From Rhynchopus sp. YZ270_cl-10 (lineage: Eukaryota), in the NCBI GenBank assembly GCA_964035575.1, contig OZ037836.1:1364001-1428000 (forward strand): a DNA stretch of 64,000 nucleotides, in the 5' to 3' direction. The notes under the pieces were generated by a model that worked only from the letters and a program-made list of their open reading frames with translations, was not told where the DNA came from and ran no database searches. Below, in pieces: positions 33,189 to 46,200 of the stretch (positions within the stretch are counted from its first letter, which is position 1; every line of letters starts with the position of its first letter). The translations under genes were made by a program, and so were the position numbers.

Positions 33189-34789
33189 CTGTGGGGAGGG
33201 GGGGAGCACTCAATCCACTAAGAGACTACAAGAGCACTATGTAAGAGAAAGAAAAACACACTAACATTCATGGAGCCAGGGGAGCGAAGGGTGCACACGG
33301 CATCGAGAAAGAAACACGAAGGACAGAGCATCCCGCACTCTGTCCTACGAGAGACCACCAGCTCTCTTCCACAGACAGGCGATCCCACAAGTGCTCTGTC
33401 CAATCCATGAGATCAACCAGGATCTTAACATAAGTCCCGGTACAGACTCATTTGACTTTCATGCAACGAAAAAGAATGGCAAAAACAGAGTGCAGACAGC
33501 ACAGAAAAAACACGCGAAACCATTGAGCAAAATACTCAAGTCAAGCAAGAGACCACGAGAACTCATCACCAGGCTCAACCAAGAAACTCTACCCAAGCAA
33601 GTGCGCGTCATGCTACAGTGTCATACGTGCCAGGTTCACCTACAGCAACCTTGTTACGACTTTTGCTTCCTCTAGCTGAAAAACATTCCTTGGATTTGGA
33701 ACGTCTAAACCGGAATCCGGGGGGGTAGGGGGAATTAATAAAATAAGCTGGTTTACGTTAGTGTACACTCGCAGCTTCGGTCCAGAGAGCGGAGACGTCT
33801 GTCTCCCACTGAACGGGAATGTGCAAGAACGCCGCACATTCCACATTACCACGTTCGCATATGTGTCATATCTGTGTGATTATTATTCCGAAAAGGTGTC
33901 CGGCAGACTTTCCGCGCTGAAGAATCCGATGAAGAATTCAGTGTTTCCGCTATGAAGATATGACCGGACGGGGGCGAAATAATGGCTTTTTTCGATTTTG
34001 AAATAATGCATAAGAAAATTTTATTTTTTCGCGCGCGCTTCGCGCGCGCCTCCCTGCCGGAACTAGGGGTGAGAGGCTCTTGCTCCTGCGAATGTTCGAA
34101 TTCGAGGGGCAACATCCGAGACTGATCAGGGATATTGCTAACTTTCGGGATTTTGGGATTTCGTGGGGCGATGGTCGAAAAAAGGGGGGGGAGTGCTGAC
34201 GCTAAGGCCGGCTGGCCGGTCATATAAAAAAACTTTTTTTGACCTTTTTTTTTTTCCAGTCGAGCTCGGGCGCGCTTCGCGCGCCCGGGTCCCCACCTGA
34301 GCTCAAGTTGGGGGTCTCCGGCGGAATGTAAGAATTCCGTGGTTGTCCAACTGCGGAGTTCGGCACTTCACTGATCTTTACACCAGGCAGACGGGGCACA
34401 CGAAATATCAGTAACTCCAGTACATGTACAAAAGAAACGGCGGTCATGGCACCCAGGTTCCTGGCGAAGCCACGGTACGCAACATTTCAAAAATTTGCGC
34501 TTAAAATTTCTCATTTTTACTGCCAAACTATGTCATGGGAAGGGTGGGTTGCAATCTTGCGCCGCAGGCGCACGGTACGCTACTTTTCTTATTTCGCCAT
34601 GATGCATGCCTCCTTTTCCTTCGGCGCTTGACCAATTGAGTCGCGTTCTGGCTGTGACGGGGTCACTTTATTCACGAGGCCAGAGACTCGTGTGAAGTAC
34701 CAACGGTACGGGACTTTTTTTTTTTTGGACTTTCGCCCCCCCTTTTTCCCCCCTTATTTGGACTTTCCGAGCCAATTGCGGGACATGGT

Positions 34790-35790
34790 GGGGTCGACTC
34801 TGCCAAGTACTCTGGACCATGCGAGGGTGTCTGCCCAGGAGCGGAGAAGCGACGTCACGCCGGTGAATCCGTTTACGTGTCTGCCAAAGTGGCGGGATGC
34901 GTCGACGTGTCTACCAAGAAGATGATGTCCTAATAGGGCATTCCCCGTACGCCGCGTTTGTGTTCTCGATTGGCGAGGTGGTTGTGACCCAGTAGCAGAC
35001 GGGGTCCGCACGGCAGTCGCATTCCTCCAGGTCATTGCAGTTCTTCGCGACGCCCGTCTGCGAGGTGTTCAATTCGCATTGCGTGTCGTCACGCAGGCAG
35101 TAGCGAGGTCTTCTGGCAGTACTGCACGCTGCACAACAGGGGTCTGGGAAATATCCCAGGTGCCGTTCTCAAAGCTGGTACAGCATTTTTCAATGGTGAA
35201 CTCCGTGCAGGCGAGACGCTCGAAGGAAGACTGCACACTCCATTGGCACACCGGGTCCGCGTCACACCCTTGCGCCGTGCTGTGGACAGCTGCGACACAT
35301 GGTGTCACCTTGCATGGATGATCAACCGGGTCGGGGCAGACGTTGTCCCATTCACACACAACCTCGGATATGCAGTTGTCTGTATCATGGTAGCACGGTG
35401 TGACGATGCAGGTGTCGCATCGCAGGCACCCTGCACCCAGTACGATGCAGTCGGCCTCAGTGGAGGCCGAGCATGGGGCAGGGAAGCAAGCAGTCGCGGC
35501 CATGTAGTAGGTGCACACAGGGTTGCTCGTGCACGCAGTTGGTGTCGCAATGTCTTCACAGATGGTCTTCTGGCAGGTGTGCGTCGTCGTGTCCCAGACG
35601 CAGCTGTTCGGGGGTTCCGCGAGGAGGGCACCTCTCTGCAGTGCGGGAAGCATGGGTGGTCCTCGCACGACACAGCTGCGCTGGACCACTGGCAGGTGGT
35701 CGTTTCATTGCAGAAGGTACACCCAGTCACTCTTCGGTGGGCAAGTCTGGTCGCTGTCGAAGCAGCCCTCGTCGTCTCCTCTGCAGTGAT
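34790..35790 (-). pseudogene. Frameshifted fragment of a cysteine-rich repeat (surface/secreted-type) protein
   Basis: Repeated C-x-W/Y...C...PC units (SCVWDTTTHTCQKTICEDIATPTACTSNPVCTYY; GCDADPVCQWS) spread over several frames. Confidence 0.6.
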
Positions 35791-37389
35791 GCCATGCGCA
35801 AGACTTTCATTGTGTAGCCCCAGGCATACACAAAAGTATTGAGAACGTATCTGCCCCTCTCACGCACCGTTACCTGCCGCGTTCTGCACAAGAAACCCGC
35901 ACAGCCTCCACGCTGTCTCCACCCACCCCACGCAAGGAAGAACGTCAAAGGTGCTCTCGTGCTGCAACCACAGACAAGCTGAGGTGCCAGACAAATGCAC
36001 GAAAGCACCCCACCGCCAGACACAGCTTCCCCTCCCATCATCACCACAAACAATGGGTGCACCTCCCACAGCCAAGGACAGTCACCCACCATCCAAGACT
36101 TCCGCACAAGCACCCCAAGCACAGCAAAGCGTGTCCTCCCCCCTGAGTCCCCCCAGTCACACCATCAAGTGAAAGCACGCCATCAGTGCATCACAGCACA
36201 CAATGGAAGCCACTCGCTTCCGTCATCACACCTCACACCTCTTCGTGCAAGCTACCAAGAAGACAGTGAAAGACCACGTGGTGTCAACGAGTTCAGAGTG
36301 ATGAATTACAGAAAAAAAGGGGGTTGGGCGGGGAGGTACGTTGTAATGAATAAGACATGGGTTTTTGCGGGATTCTTTTGCAGCACAGAGTAACATAATT
36401 TTGTTTGCCTCTAGACTACTATCACTAGATAGCAGGCACAATGCTTTCTTCACAGGATCCTTAAAAGAGAGCAAATAGAAGGAGTACGCTTTGCAGGAGG
36501 TGTCAGAATCCTTTTTTCCTATTTTGAAAACTTGGTTGTATTAGTGTAGCTATATTTCGATATGTTTTGTTTTGGGGGAATTATTTGCATTTGTACCTTT
36601 GCACAAACATGTCTGCAGTCAACTCATTTAGAGTCACCCACGTGAACGTCCTTTAGCAGACCCTGCAGAAGCTCTCGTGTTGACCTTCGGGACAAAAGAG
36701 TAAACAACTTCATGCATATTGGAGTGGCCAATCCTCCTGTAGCATGCAAAAAGGCAAGATCTTAACGTACACACTCTGTTGATTCTAAAAACGGGGGTGG
36801 GGGAAAAAATTACGAATAGAAAAATGGGGGGAGACATTGAAAAATTAAAACAATTCCTTACCCCCAGATCACACTAAAATACAAAGGTTTGGGTTTGAAT
36901 TGTCATAGAAAAAGTACAATAACTCCTCTCGAAATAGTTCAACATTGAACTGAGAGAAATAAGAGGAAAACTCCAAACCCTCCCAGACCAAACGGTCTAA
37001 CCTGTTGTATTGACATAGTGTGGGGAGAATGAGGAGCACGAGAATCGTCTTCGCGTATACTAAAAGATTTCCTACAATATGTCACAAGTGTCATGTCCCC
37101 GAAAAATAGAAATAGAGTCATTGAGTAAGAAAACATCAATAAAAAGGGGTAAAGCCTAAAAGGCAGAGGAGTGAAAAGAAAGCTTCACAATGGGGACACA
37201 GCGTAACATAACACAATGTGTGGAACGTCTTGCTCAGCACAGCTCTCCTCTCGCACCAAGTAGTAGTCTGTGCCACGGTGAGCAAGACTGTGCCCCTCTT
37301 CTTCTCCGAACCAGAGGACGCAAGCAGACATACTGCCAGAGACCCTCCACCTCGGGGAGGTGCTGTCCTGCCACCAACACACCACGTCG

Positions 37390-38151
37390 TCATTGTGCGT
37401 GTCTCTGTCGCTTCTGGCTTTGCTCGGGGGATTCGTCTCTGCTTCGTTTCGGACGTGCTTCAACCACAAGCTTCCTCAGCTCCTCGCTATTCCTAACTTC
37501 GTTGGACACAACACTGCTGCAGCCGGAAAGGTAAATGCTCGTCAACGAAGTGCAGTTCGCAGCAAAATACGTACCTACAAAACAGCTACGAATATGCGTC
37601 ACATTGTTGAGTGGTGATAAATCCAGGGTCGTTAAGCTGATGCAGTTCACAAGGAAGCACGCGCCAACCTGCGTCACATTGCTCAACCCAGAGAGATTGA
37701 CACTTGTCAACGAGGTGCAGTGGGCCAGGAAGTAGTCTCCAATGTGAGTCACAATGGACTCAGCACTGAGATCAAGTCTCGTCAACGAAGTGTGTGACAA
37801 GAACCGATTCGGAATGACAGTCGCAACCTCCGCCTGCAGAAGCAAACACGCCACCTCAGGATCCTCCACACTCTCCAACTTCTCGGCTGTGATGTCGGTC
37901 ACACCCAACGCATGAAGCTCTGCAATGGCTTCTTGCTTCTTCGTCTTCGTGAGGATGATTGTGTCACCAGCACTCAGCTGCGTCATGTCCGCTCCTTCTC
38001 CCATCACTTCGTCTCCGAAACTCATGCAAAAGCTGTCTTCAGGCAACCCCATTGCAGACGCCACCTTCCGCCGCAAGCCCTCCACTGTGTCCTCTTCACC
38101 CACCTCGACTGTGTGCTGATTCGTGTCGAAACCCTTGATGTTCACGTCCAT
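37390..38151 (-). CDS. Ubl-LRR paralogue F (253 aa, 3 LRRs)
   Basis: Intact ORF from MDVNIKGFDTNQ to RPKRSRDESPEQSQKRQRHAQ. Confidence 0.87.
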   Translation of the reverse strand: MDVNIKGFDTNQHTVEVGEEDTVEGLRRKVASAMGLPEDSFCMSFGDEVMGEGADMTQLSAGDTIILTKTKKQEAIAELHALGVTDITAEKLESVEDPEVACLLLQAEVATVIPNRFLSHTSLTRLDLSAESIVTHIGDYFLAHCTSLTSVNLSGLSNVTQVGACFLVNCISLTTLDLSPLNNVTHIRSCFVGTYFAANCTSLTSIYLSGCSSVVSNEVRNSEELRKLVVEARPKRSRDESPEQSQKRQRHAQ

Positions 38152-38284
38152 GTCTTTGTTGTGGTTTGTGTTCTGATCTCTGTGTGTGGTGGTGGGGTGT
38201 GGAGGACAACAAGCCTGCAGTAGTTTTCAATGAAGGGTTGAAGGGTTGAAGGGGAGGGGTTACCCAGACCCACGCAGCGGCACA

Positions 38285-39230
38285 CTACCTCAAGTATAAG
38301 TTACCCACACATGAGGGAATGCGACACCCTGAAAATATCCACCAGATCCTGTCTTTGTGCACCTTCGGGTGCACGAAGGCAGCAGACAGGCCAAACAGCG
38401 TTGGACTAAGAGGAATGCCTGTGCGGGTATCAAACATGAGAACCAACTCACAGGAACAAGAGGTGCCTTTTGGCGGGCGTTGTTGACGAAGTCTCCGCTC
38501 CGTGTCTGGCTTGGGTGCATAGCAGGAGTCGGGCGCAACGTCTGCTGTGGTGTGTGGGCACGGTGTGTGCAGTGTCGTGGTGCACAGCGGGTGCGGGCTG
38601 CTGTCGGGGAGGGTGCTCTCTGTGTAGGTGGTGCTGGCATTGCCTGTCTGTGTGTTGGTGCTGTTCATGGCATCTGTGGCGGTGTTCGTATGGTACGGTG
38701 TGTCCATGTGTGCGTACATGCTGGTGTGTGCCGCTGTGGTGCTCGCATCGGAGGAGGTGGAGTGCACTGCGGGGGTGGTGGCGTGAGTTGTGCACAGCCC
38801 TGCCACGTCATCATGTATGGCGAAGGTGCAGTGCTTCATTTAGAGCGCAGCATGGTGTGCTGTGAAAGGTCATCCAGTCTTGTGTAATTCTCATTCATGA
38901 TGCACTGTGTACAGAGGGCAGACGTCAGTTAGAAAGGGGATGGTTCTTGAAGCAGGCACCTCCGACTGACCACGTACAATGAGAGCCATCTGCATCAACC
39001 ATAAGTACCCTGCGGCCAACGGAAGGCGTCAATAAGAAACGTAATGTGTTACCCGTATTGCAGTGTGAACGGCGGTACACAACCACTCGTCAGCCGACGG
39101 CAAAGAAGGTTGACGAGGAAGTGGTTTCCTATGTGCGTCACACTGTTCCACTCAGATACATCAGCAGACATTGTGCCAAGCAGAGTGACATCCAAATGCA
39201 TGTTACTCAGTGTGGTGCGCAGCGTATAGC
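38285..39230 (-). pseudogene. Degenerate coding remnant: one LRR-like unit plus a Thr/His-rich low-complexity ORF
   Basis: DVSEWNSVTHIGNHFL near 39110-39160 and the Thr-rich ORF 38285-38839, separated by stops. Confidence 0.3.
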
Positions 39231-39249
39231 CCTAGGCATAGAGTGTACA

Positions 39250-40030
39250 TGAACCGTTACCTGTCCCGTTCTGCACAAGAAACCCGCACAGCCTCCACGC
39301 TGTCTTCACCCACCCCACGTAAGGAAGAACGCCAAAGGTGCTCTCGTGCTGCAACCACAGACAAGCTGAGGTGCCAGACAAATGCACGAAAGCACCCCAC
39401 CGCCAGACACAACTTCCGCTCCCATCATCACCACAAACGATCGAGGAAAACGCCACACCCAAACCCCCCACACTCACAACACTGTGCACCTCCACCTCCC
39501 ACACTCAAGGACAGCCATCCAAGACTTCTGCACAAGCACCCCAAGCACAGCAAAGCGTGTCCTCCCCCCTGAGTCCCCCCAGTCACACCATCAAGTAAAA
39601 GCACGTCAAGTGCATCAGAGCACACAACGGAAGCCACTCACCTCCGTCATCACACCTCACACCTCTTCGTGCAAGCTACCAAGAAGACAGTGAAAGACCA
39701 CGTGGTGTCAACGAGTTCAGAGTAATGAATGCAGAAAAAAGGGGGGTTGGGCGGGGAGGTACGTTTTAATGAATAAGACATCGGTTTTTGTGTGGATTCT
39801 TTTCCAGCACAGAGTAACATAAATTTGTTTTATGATGGACTACAACCACCTGATTTCGCCTCCCGAAAAGACGCCAAAAGGCAAACACCACCCATTATTC
39901 CCAGCCTTTACGTGCCAATACGCGCCTGTGCGAGGGGTAAACATCACGTGGTACAATCAGTGTAGTGTCACTAGATAGCATCAACTATGTCTTCTTCACA
40001 TCCTTAAAAGAGCATAAATATAAGGAGTAC
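39250..40030 (+). repeat. Dispersed non-coding unit shared with the Ubl-LRR 3' flanks
   Basis: Full or partial copies at ~8870-9040, 19548-19740, 22395-23110, 29485-29650 and 35865-36500 (e.g. CACCTCTTCGTGCAAGCTACCAAGAAGACAGTGAAAGACCACGTGGTG). Confidence 0.85.
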
Positions 40031-40204
40031 GTTATCACACTCCAGGAGCATGAGCAACCCAAAGGTCATATATGTCCACATGTTGAGTTAACGCGCATAT
40101 ACGACGCTGAATAATCAATAAAAGAGCCATTTTCACGCACCACAACAGAGAAAAATTGCGCAACGTCGCCTCTTTACTAAACATTGATACCCAGGGCACG
40201 AATG

Positions 40205-43200
40205 CCTGCTTTCCAGAGAAACGCCGCGTTTCGATCGAAAGCGTGGGTTTTCAGAGAAACGGCGCGTTTGGATCGAAAGCGTCGCTTTTCAGAGAAACAG
40301 CGCGTTTGGATCGAGAGTGTCGCTTTTCAGAGAAACAGCGCGTTTGGATCGAAAGCGTCGCTTTTCAGAGAAACAGCGCGTTTGGACCGAAAGCGTCGCT
40401 TTTCAGAGAAACAGCGCGTTTGGATCGAAAGAGTCACTTTTCAGAGAAACGGCGCTTTTGGATCTAACGCGTCGCTTTTCAGAGAAACAGCGCGTTTGGA
40501 TGGAAAGCGTCGCTTTTTAGAGAAACACCGCGTTTGGATCGAGAGCGTCGCTTTTCAGAGAAACAGCGCGTTTGGATCGAAAGCGTCGCTTTTCAGAGAA
40601 ACGGCGAGTTTGGATCGAAAGCGTCGCTTTTCAGAGAAACAGCGCGTTTGGATGGAAAGCGTCGCTTTTTAGAGAAACACCGCGTTTGGATCGAGAGCGT
40701 CGCTTTTCAGAGAAACAGCGCGTTTGGATCGAAAGCGTCGCTTTTCAGAGAAACAGCGCGTTTGGATCGAAAGCGTCGCTTTTCAGAGAAACAGCGCGTT
40801 TGGATCGAAAGCGTCGCTTTTTAGAGAAACACCGCGTTTGGATCGAAAGCGTCGCTTTTCAGAGAAACAGCGCGTTTGGATCGAAAGCGTCGCTTTTCAG
40901 AGAAACAGCGCGTTTGGATCGAGAGTGTCGCTTTTCAGAGAAACAGCGCGTTTGGATCGAGAGCGTCGCTTTTCAGAGAAACAGCGCGTTTGGATCGAGA
41001 GTGTCGCTTTTCAGAGAAACAGCGCGTTTGGATCGAAAGCGTCGCTTTTCAGAGAAACAGCGCGTTTGGATCGAGAGTGTCGCTTTTCAGAGAAACAGCG
41101 CGTTTGGATCGAGAGTGTCGCTTTTCAGAGAAACAGCGCGTTTGGATCGAAAGCGTTGCTTTTCAGAGAAACAGCGCGTTTGGATCGAACGCGTCGCTTT
41201 TCAGAGAAACGGCGCTTTTGGATCGAAAGCGTCGCTTTTTAGAGAAACAGCGCGTTTGGATCGAAAGCGTCGCTTTTCAGAGAAACAGCGCGTTTGGATC
41301 GAAAGCGTCGCTTTTCAGAGAAACAGCGCGTTTGGATCGAAAGCGTTGCTTTTCAGAGAAACAGCGCGTTTGGATCGAAAGCGTTGCTTTTCAGAGAAAC
41401 AGCGCGTTTGGATCGAAAGCGTTGCTTTTCAGAGAAACAGCGCGTTTGGATCGAAAGCGTCGCTTTTTAGAGAAACAGCGCGTTTGGATCGAGAGCGTCG
41501 CTTTTCAGAGAAACAGCGCGTTTGGATCGAAAGCGTCGCTTTTCAGAGAAACGGCGCGTTTGGATGTAAAGCGTCGCTTTTTAGAGAAACACGCGTTTGG
41601 ATCGAAAGCGTCGCTTTTTAGAGAAACAGCGCGTTTGGATCGAGAGCGTCGCTTTTCAGAGAAACAGCGCGTTTGGATCGAAAGCGTCGCTTTTCAGAGA
41701 AACGGCGCGTTTGGATCGAAAGCGTCGCTTTTCAGAGAAACAGCGCGTTTGGATCGAAAGCGTCGCTTTTCAGAGAAACAGCGCGTTTGGATCGAAAGCG
41801 TCGCTTTTCAGAGAAACAGCGCGTTTGGATGGAAAGCGTCGCTTTTCAGAGAAACAGCGCGTTTGGATCGAAAGCGTTGCTTTTCAGAGAAACAGCGCGT
41901 TTGGATCGAAAGCGTCGCTTTTCAGAGAAACGGCGCGTTTGGATCGAAAGCGTTGCTTTTCAGAGAAACAGCGCGTTTGGATCGAAAGCGTTGCTTTTCA
42001 GAGAAACAGCGCGTTTGGATCGAAAGCGTCGCTTTTCAGAGAAACAGCGCGTTTGGATCGAAAGCGTTGCTTTTCAGAGAAACAGCGCGTTTGGATCGAA
42101 AGCGTCGCTTTTCAGAGAAACGGCGCGTTTGGATCGAAAGCGTCGCTTTTCAGAGAAACGGCGCGTTTGGATCGAAAGCGTCGCTTTTCAGAGAAACAGC
42201 GCGTTTGGATCGAAAGCGTCGCTTTTCAGAGAAACGGCGCTTTTGTTTCCCTAGGGAGGGTCAAAAAGACCCTCCCTAGGGAAACAAAAGCGCCGCCTCC
42301 CGCCAGCTACTTTACACGCGCAAACAGCGCGTTTGGATCGGGAGCGTCGCTTTTTAGAGAAACAGCGCGTTTGGATCGAAAGCGTCGCTTTTCAGAGAAA
42401 CAGCGCGTTTGGATCGAAAGCGTTGCTTTTCAGAGAAACAGCGCGTTTGGATCGAAAGCGTCGCTTTTCAGAGAAATAGCGCGTTTGGATCGAACGCGTC
42501 GCTTTTCAGAGAAACAGCGCGTTTGGATCGAAAGCGTCGCTTTTCAGAGAAACAGCGCGTTTGGATCGAGAGCGTCGCTTTTTAGAGAAACAGCGCGTTT
42601 GGCTCGAGAGCGTCGCTTTTCAGAGAAACAGCGCGTTTGGCTCGAGAGCGTCGCTTTTTAGAGAAACAGCGCGTTTGGATCGAGAGCGTCGCTTTTTAGA
42701 GAAACAGCGCGTTTGGATCGAGAGCGTTGCTTTTTAGAGAAACAGCGCGTTTGGATCGAAAGCGTCGCTTTTCAGAGAAACAGCGCGTTTGGATGGAAAG
42801 CGTCGCTTTTCAGAGAAACAGCGCGTTTGGATCGAAAGCGTCGCTTTTCAGAGAAACAGCGCGTTTGGATGGAAAGCGTCGCTTTTCAGAGAAACAGCGC
42901 GTTTGGATGGAAAGCGTCGCTTTTCAGAGAAACAGCGCGTTTGGATGGAAAGCGTCGCTTTTCAGAGAAACAGCGCGTTTGGATGGAAAGCGTCGCTTTT
43001 CAGAGAAACAGCGCGTTTGGATCGAGAGCGTCGCTTTTCAGAGAAACAGCGCGTTTGGATCGAAAGCGTCGCTTTTCAGAGAAACAGCGCGTTTGGATGG
43101 AAAGCGTCGCTTTTCAGAGAAACAGCGCGTTTGGATCGAGAGCGTCGCTTTTCAGAGAAACAGCGCGTTTGGATCGAAAGCGTCGCTTTTCAGAGAAACA

Positions 43201-46200
43201 GCGCGTTTGGATCGAAAGCGTTGCTTTTCAGAGAAACAGCGCGTTTGGATCGAAAGCGTTGCTTTTCAGAGAAACAGCGCGTTTGGATCGAAAGCGTTGC
43301 TTTTCAGAGAAACAGCGCGTTTGGATCGAAAGCGTCGCTTTTCAGAGAAACAGCGCGTTTGGATGGAAAGCGTCGCTTTTCAGAGAAACAGCGCGTTTGG
43401 ATCGAGAGCGTCGCTTTTCAGAGAAACAGCGCGATTGGATGGAAAGCGTCGCTTTTCAGAGAAACAGCGCGTTTGGCTCGAGAGCGTCGCTTTTCAGAGA
43501 AACAGCGCGTTTGGATCGAAAGCGTCGCTTTTCAGAGAAACAGCGCGATTGGATGGAAAGCGTCGCTTTTCAGAGAAACAGCGCGTTTGGCTCGAGAGCG
43601 TCGCTTTTCAGAGAAACAGCGCGTTTGGATCGAGAGCGTCGCTTTTTAGAGAAACAGCGCGTTTGGATCGAGAGCGTTGCTTTTTAGAGAAACAGCGCGT
43701 TTGGATCGAAAGCGTTGCTTTTCAGAGAAACAGCGCGTTTGGATCGAAAGCCTTGCTTTTCATAGAAACAGCGCGTTTGGATCGAAAGCGTTGCTTTTCA
43801 GAGAAACAGCGCGTTTGGATCGAAAGCGTCGCTTTTCAGAGAAACGACGCGTTTGGATGGAAAGCGTCGCTTTTTAGAGAAACAGCGCGTTTGGATGGAA
43901 CGCGTCGCTTTTCAGAGAAACGGCGAGTTTGGATGGAAAGCGTCGCTTTTTAGAGAAACACCGCGTTTGGATCGAAAGCGTCGCTTTTTAGAGAAACAGC
44001 GCGTTTGGATCGAGAGCGTCGCTTTTCAGAGAAACAGCGCGTTTGGATCGAAAGCGTTGCTTTTCAGAGAAACAGCGCGTTTGGATCGAAAGCGTCGCTT
44101 TTCAGAGAAACGGCGCTTTTGGATCGAAAGCGTCGCTTTTTAGAGAAACAGCGCGTTTGGATCGAAAGCGTCGCTTTTCAGAGAAACAGCGCGTTTGGAT
44201 CGAAAGCGTTGCTTTTCAGAGAAACAGCGCGTTTGGATCGAAAGCGTCGCTTTTCAGAGAAACGGCGAGTTTGGATGGAAAGCGTCGCTTTTTAGAGAAA
44301 CACCGCGTTTGGATCGAAAGCGTCGCTTTTTAGAGAAACAGCGCGTTTGGATCGAGAGCGTCGCTTTTCAGAGAAACAGCGCGTTTGGATCGAAAGCGTT
44401 GCTTTTCAGAGAAACAGCGCGTTTGGATCGAAAGCGTCGCTTTTCAGAGAAACGGCGCTTTTGGATCGAAAGCGTCGCTTTTTAGAGAAACAGCGCGTTT
44501 GGATCGAAAGCGTCGCTTTTCAGAGAAACAGCGCGTTTGGATCGAAAGCGTTGCTTTTCAGAGAAACAGCGCGTTTGGATCGAAAGCGTCGCTTTTCAGA
44601 GAAACAGCGCGTTTGGATCGAAAGCGTCGCTTTTCACAGAAACAGCGCGTTTGGATCGAAAGCGTTGCTTTTCAGAGAAACAGCGCGTTTGGATCGAAAG
44701 CGTCGCTTTTCAGAGAAATAGCGCGTTTGGATCGAACGCGTCGCTTTTCAGAGAAACAGCGCGTTTGGATCGAAAGCGTCGCTTTTCAGAGAAACAGCGC
44801 GTTTGGATCGAGAGCGTCGCTTTTTAGAGAAACAGCGCGTTTGGCTCGAGAGCGTCGCTTTTCAGAGAAACAGCGCGTTTGGCTCGAGAGCGTCGCTTTT
44901 TAGAGAAACAGCGCGTTTGGATCGAGAGCGTCGCTTTTTAGAGAAACAGCGCGTTTGGATCGAGAGCGTTGCTTTTTAGAGAAACAGCGCGTTTGGATCG
45001 AAAGCGTCGCTTTTCAGAGAAACAGCGCGTTTGGATCGAAAGCGTCGCTTTTCAGAGAAACAGCGCGTTTGGATCGAAAGCGTCGCTTTTCAGAGAAACA
45101 GCGCGTTTGGATGGAAAGCGTCGCTTTTCAGAGAAACAGCGCGTTTGGATGGAAAGCGTCGCTTTTCAGAGAAACAGCGCGTTTGGATGGAAAGCGTCGC
45201 TTTTCAGAGAAACAGCGCGTTTGGATCGAAAGCGTCGCTTTTCAGAGAAACAGCGCGTTTGGATCGAAAGCGTCGCTTTTCAGAGAAACAGCGCGTTTGG
45301 ATGGAAAGCGTCGCTTTTCAGAGAAACAGCGCGTTTGGATGGAAAGCGTCGCTTTTCAGAGAAACAGCGCGTTTGGATGGAAAGCGTCGCTTTTCAGAGA
45401 AACAGCGCGTTTGGATCGAGAGCGTCGCTTTTCAGAGAAACAGCGCGTTTGGATCGAAAGCGTCGCTTTTCAGAGAAACAGCGCGTTTGGATCGAAAGCG
45501 TTGCTTTTCAGAGAAACAGCGCGTTTGGATCGAAAGCGTCGCTTTTCAGAGAAACGGCGCTTTTGGATCGAAAGCGTTGCTTTTCAGAGAAACAGCGCGT
45601 TTGGATCGAAAGCGTTGCTTTTCAGAGAAACAGCGCGTTTGGATCGAAAGCGTTGCTTTTCAGAGAAACAGCGCGTTTGGATCGAAAGCGTCGCTTTTCA
45701 GAGAAACGGCGCTTTTGGATCGAAAGCGTTGCTTTTCAGAGAAACAGCGCGTTTGGATCGAAAGCGTCGCTTTTCAGAGAAACGGCGCTTTTGGATCGAA
45801 AGCGTTGCTTTTCAGAGAAACAGCGCGTTTGGATCGAAAGCGTTGCTTTTCAGAGAAACAGCGCGTTTGGATCGAGAGCGTTGCTTTTTAGAGAAACAGC
45901 GCGTTTGGCTCGAGAGCGTCGCTTTTCAGAGAAACAGCGCGTTTGGATCGAAAGCGTCGCTTTTCAGAGAAACAGCGCGTTTGGATCGAACGCGTCGCTT
46001 TTCAGAGAAACAGCGCGTTTGGATCGAACGCGTCGCTTTTCAGAGAAACAGCGCGTTTGGATCGAAAGAGTTGCTTTTCAGAGAAACAGCGCGTTTGGAT
46101 CGAAAGCGTCGCTTTTCAGAGAAACAGCGCGTTTGGATCGAGAGCGTCGCTTTTTAGAGAAACAGCGCGTTTGGCTCGAGAGCGTCGCTTTTCAGAGAAA

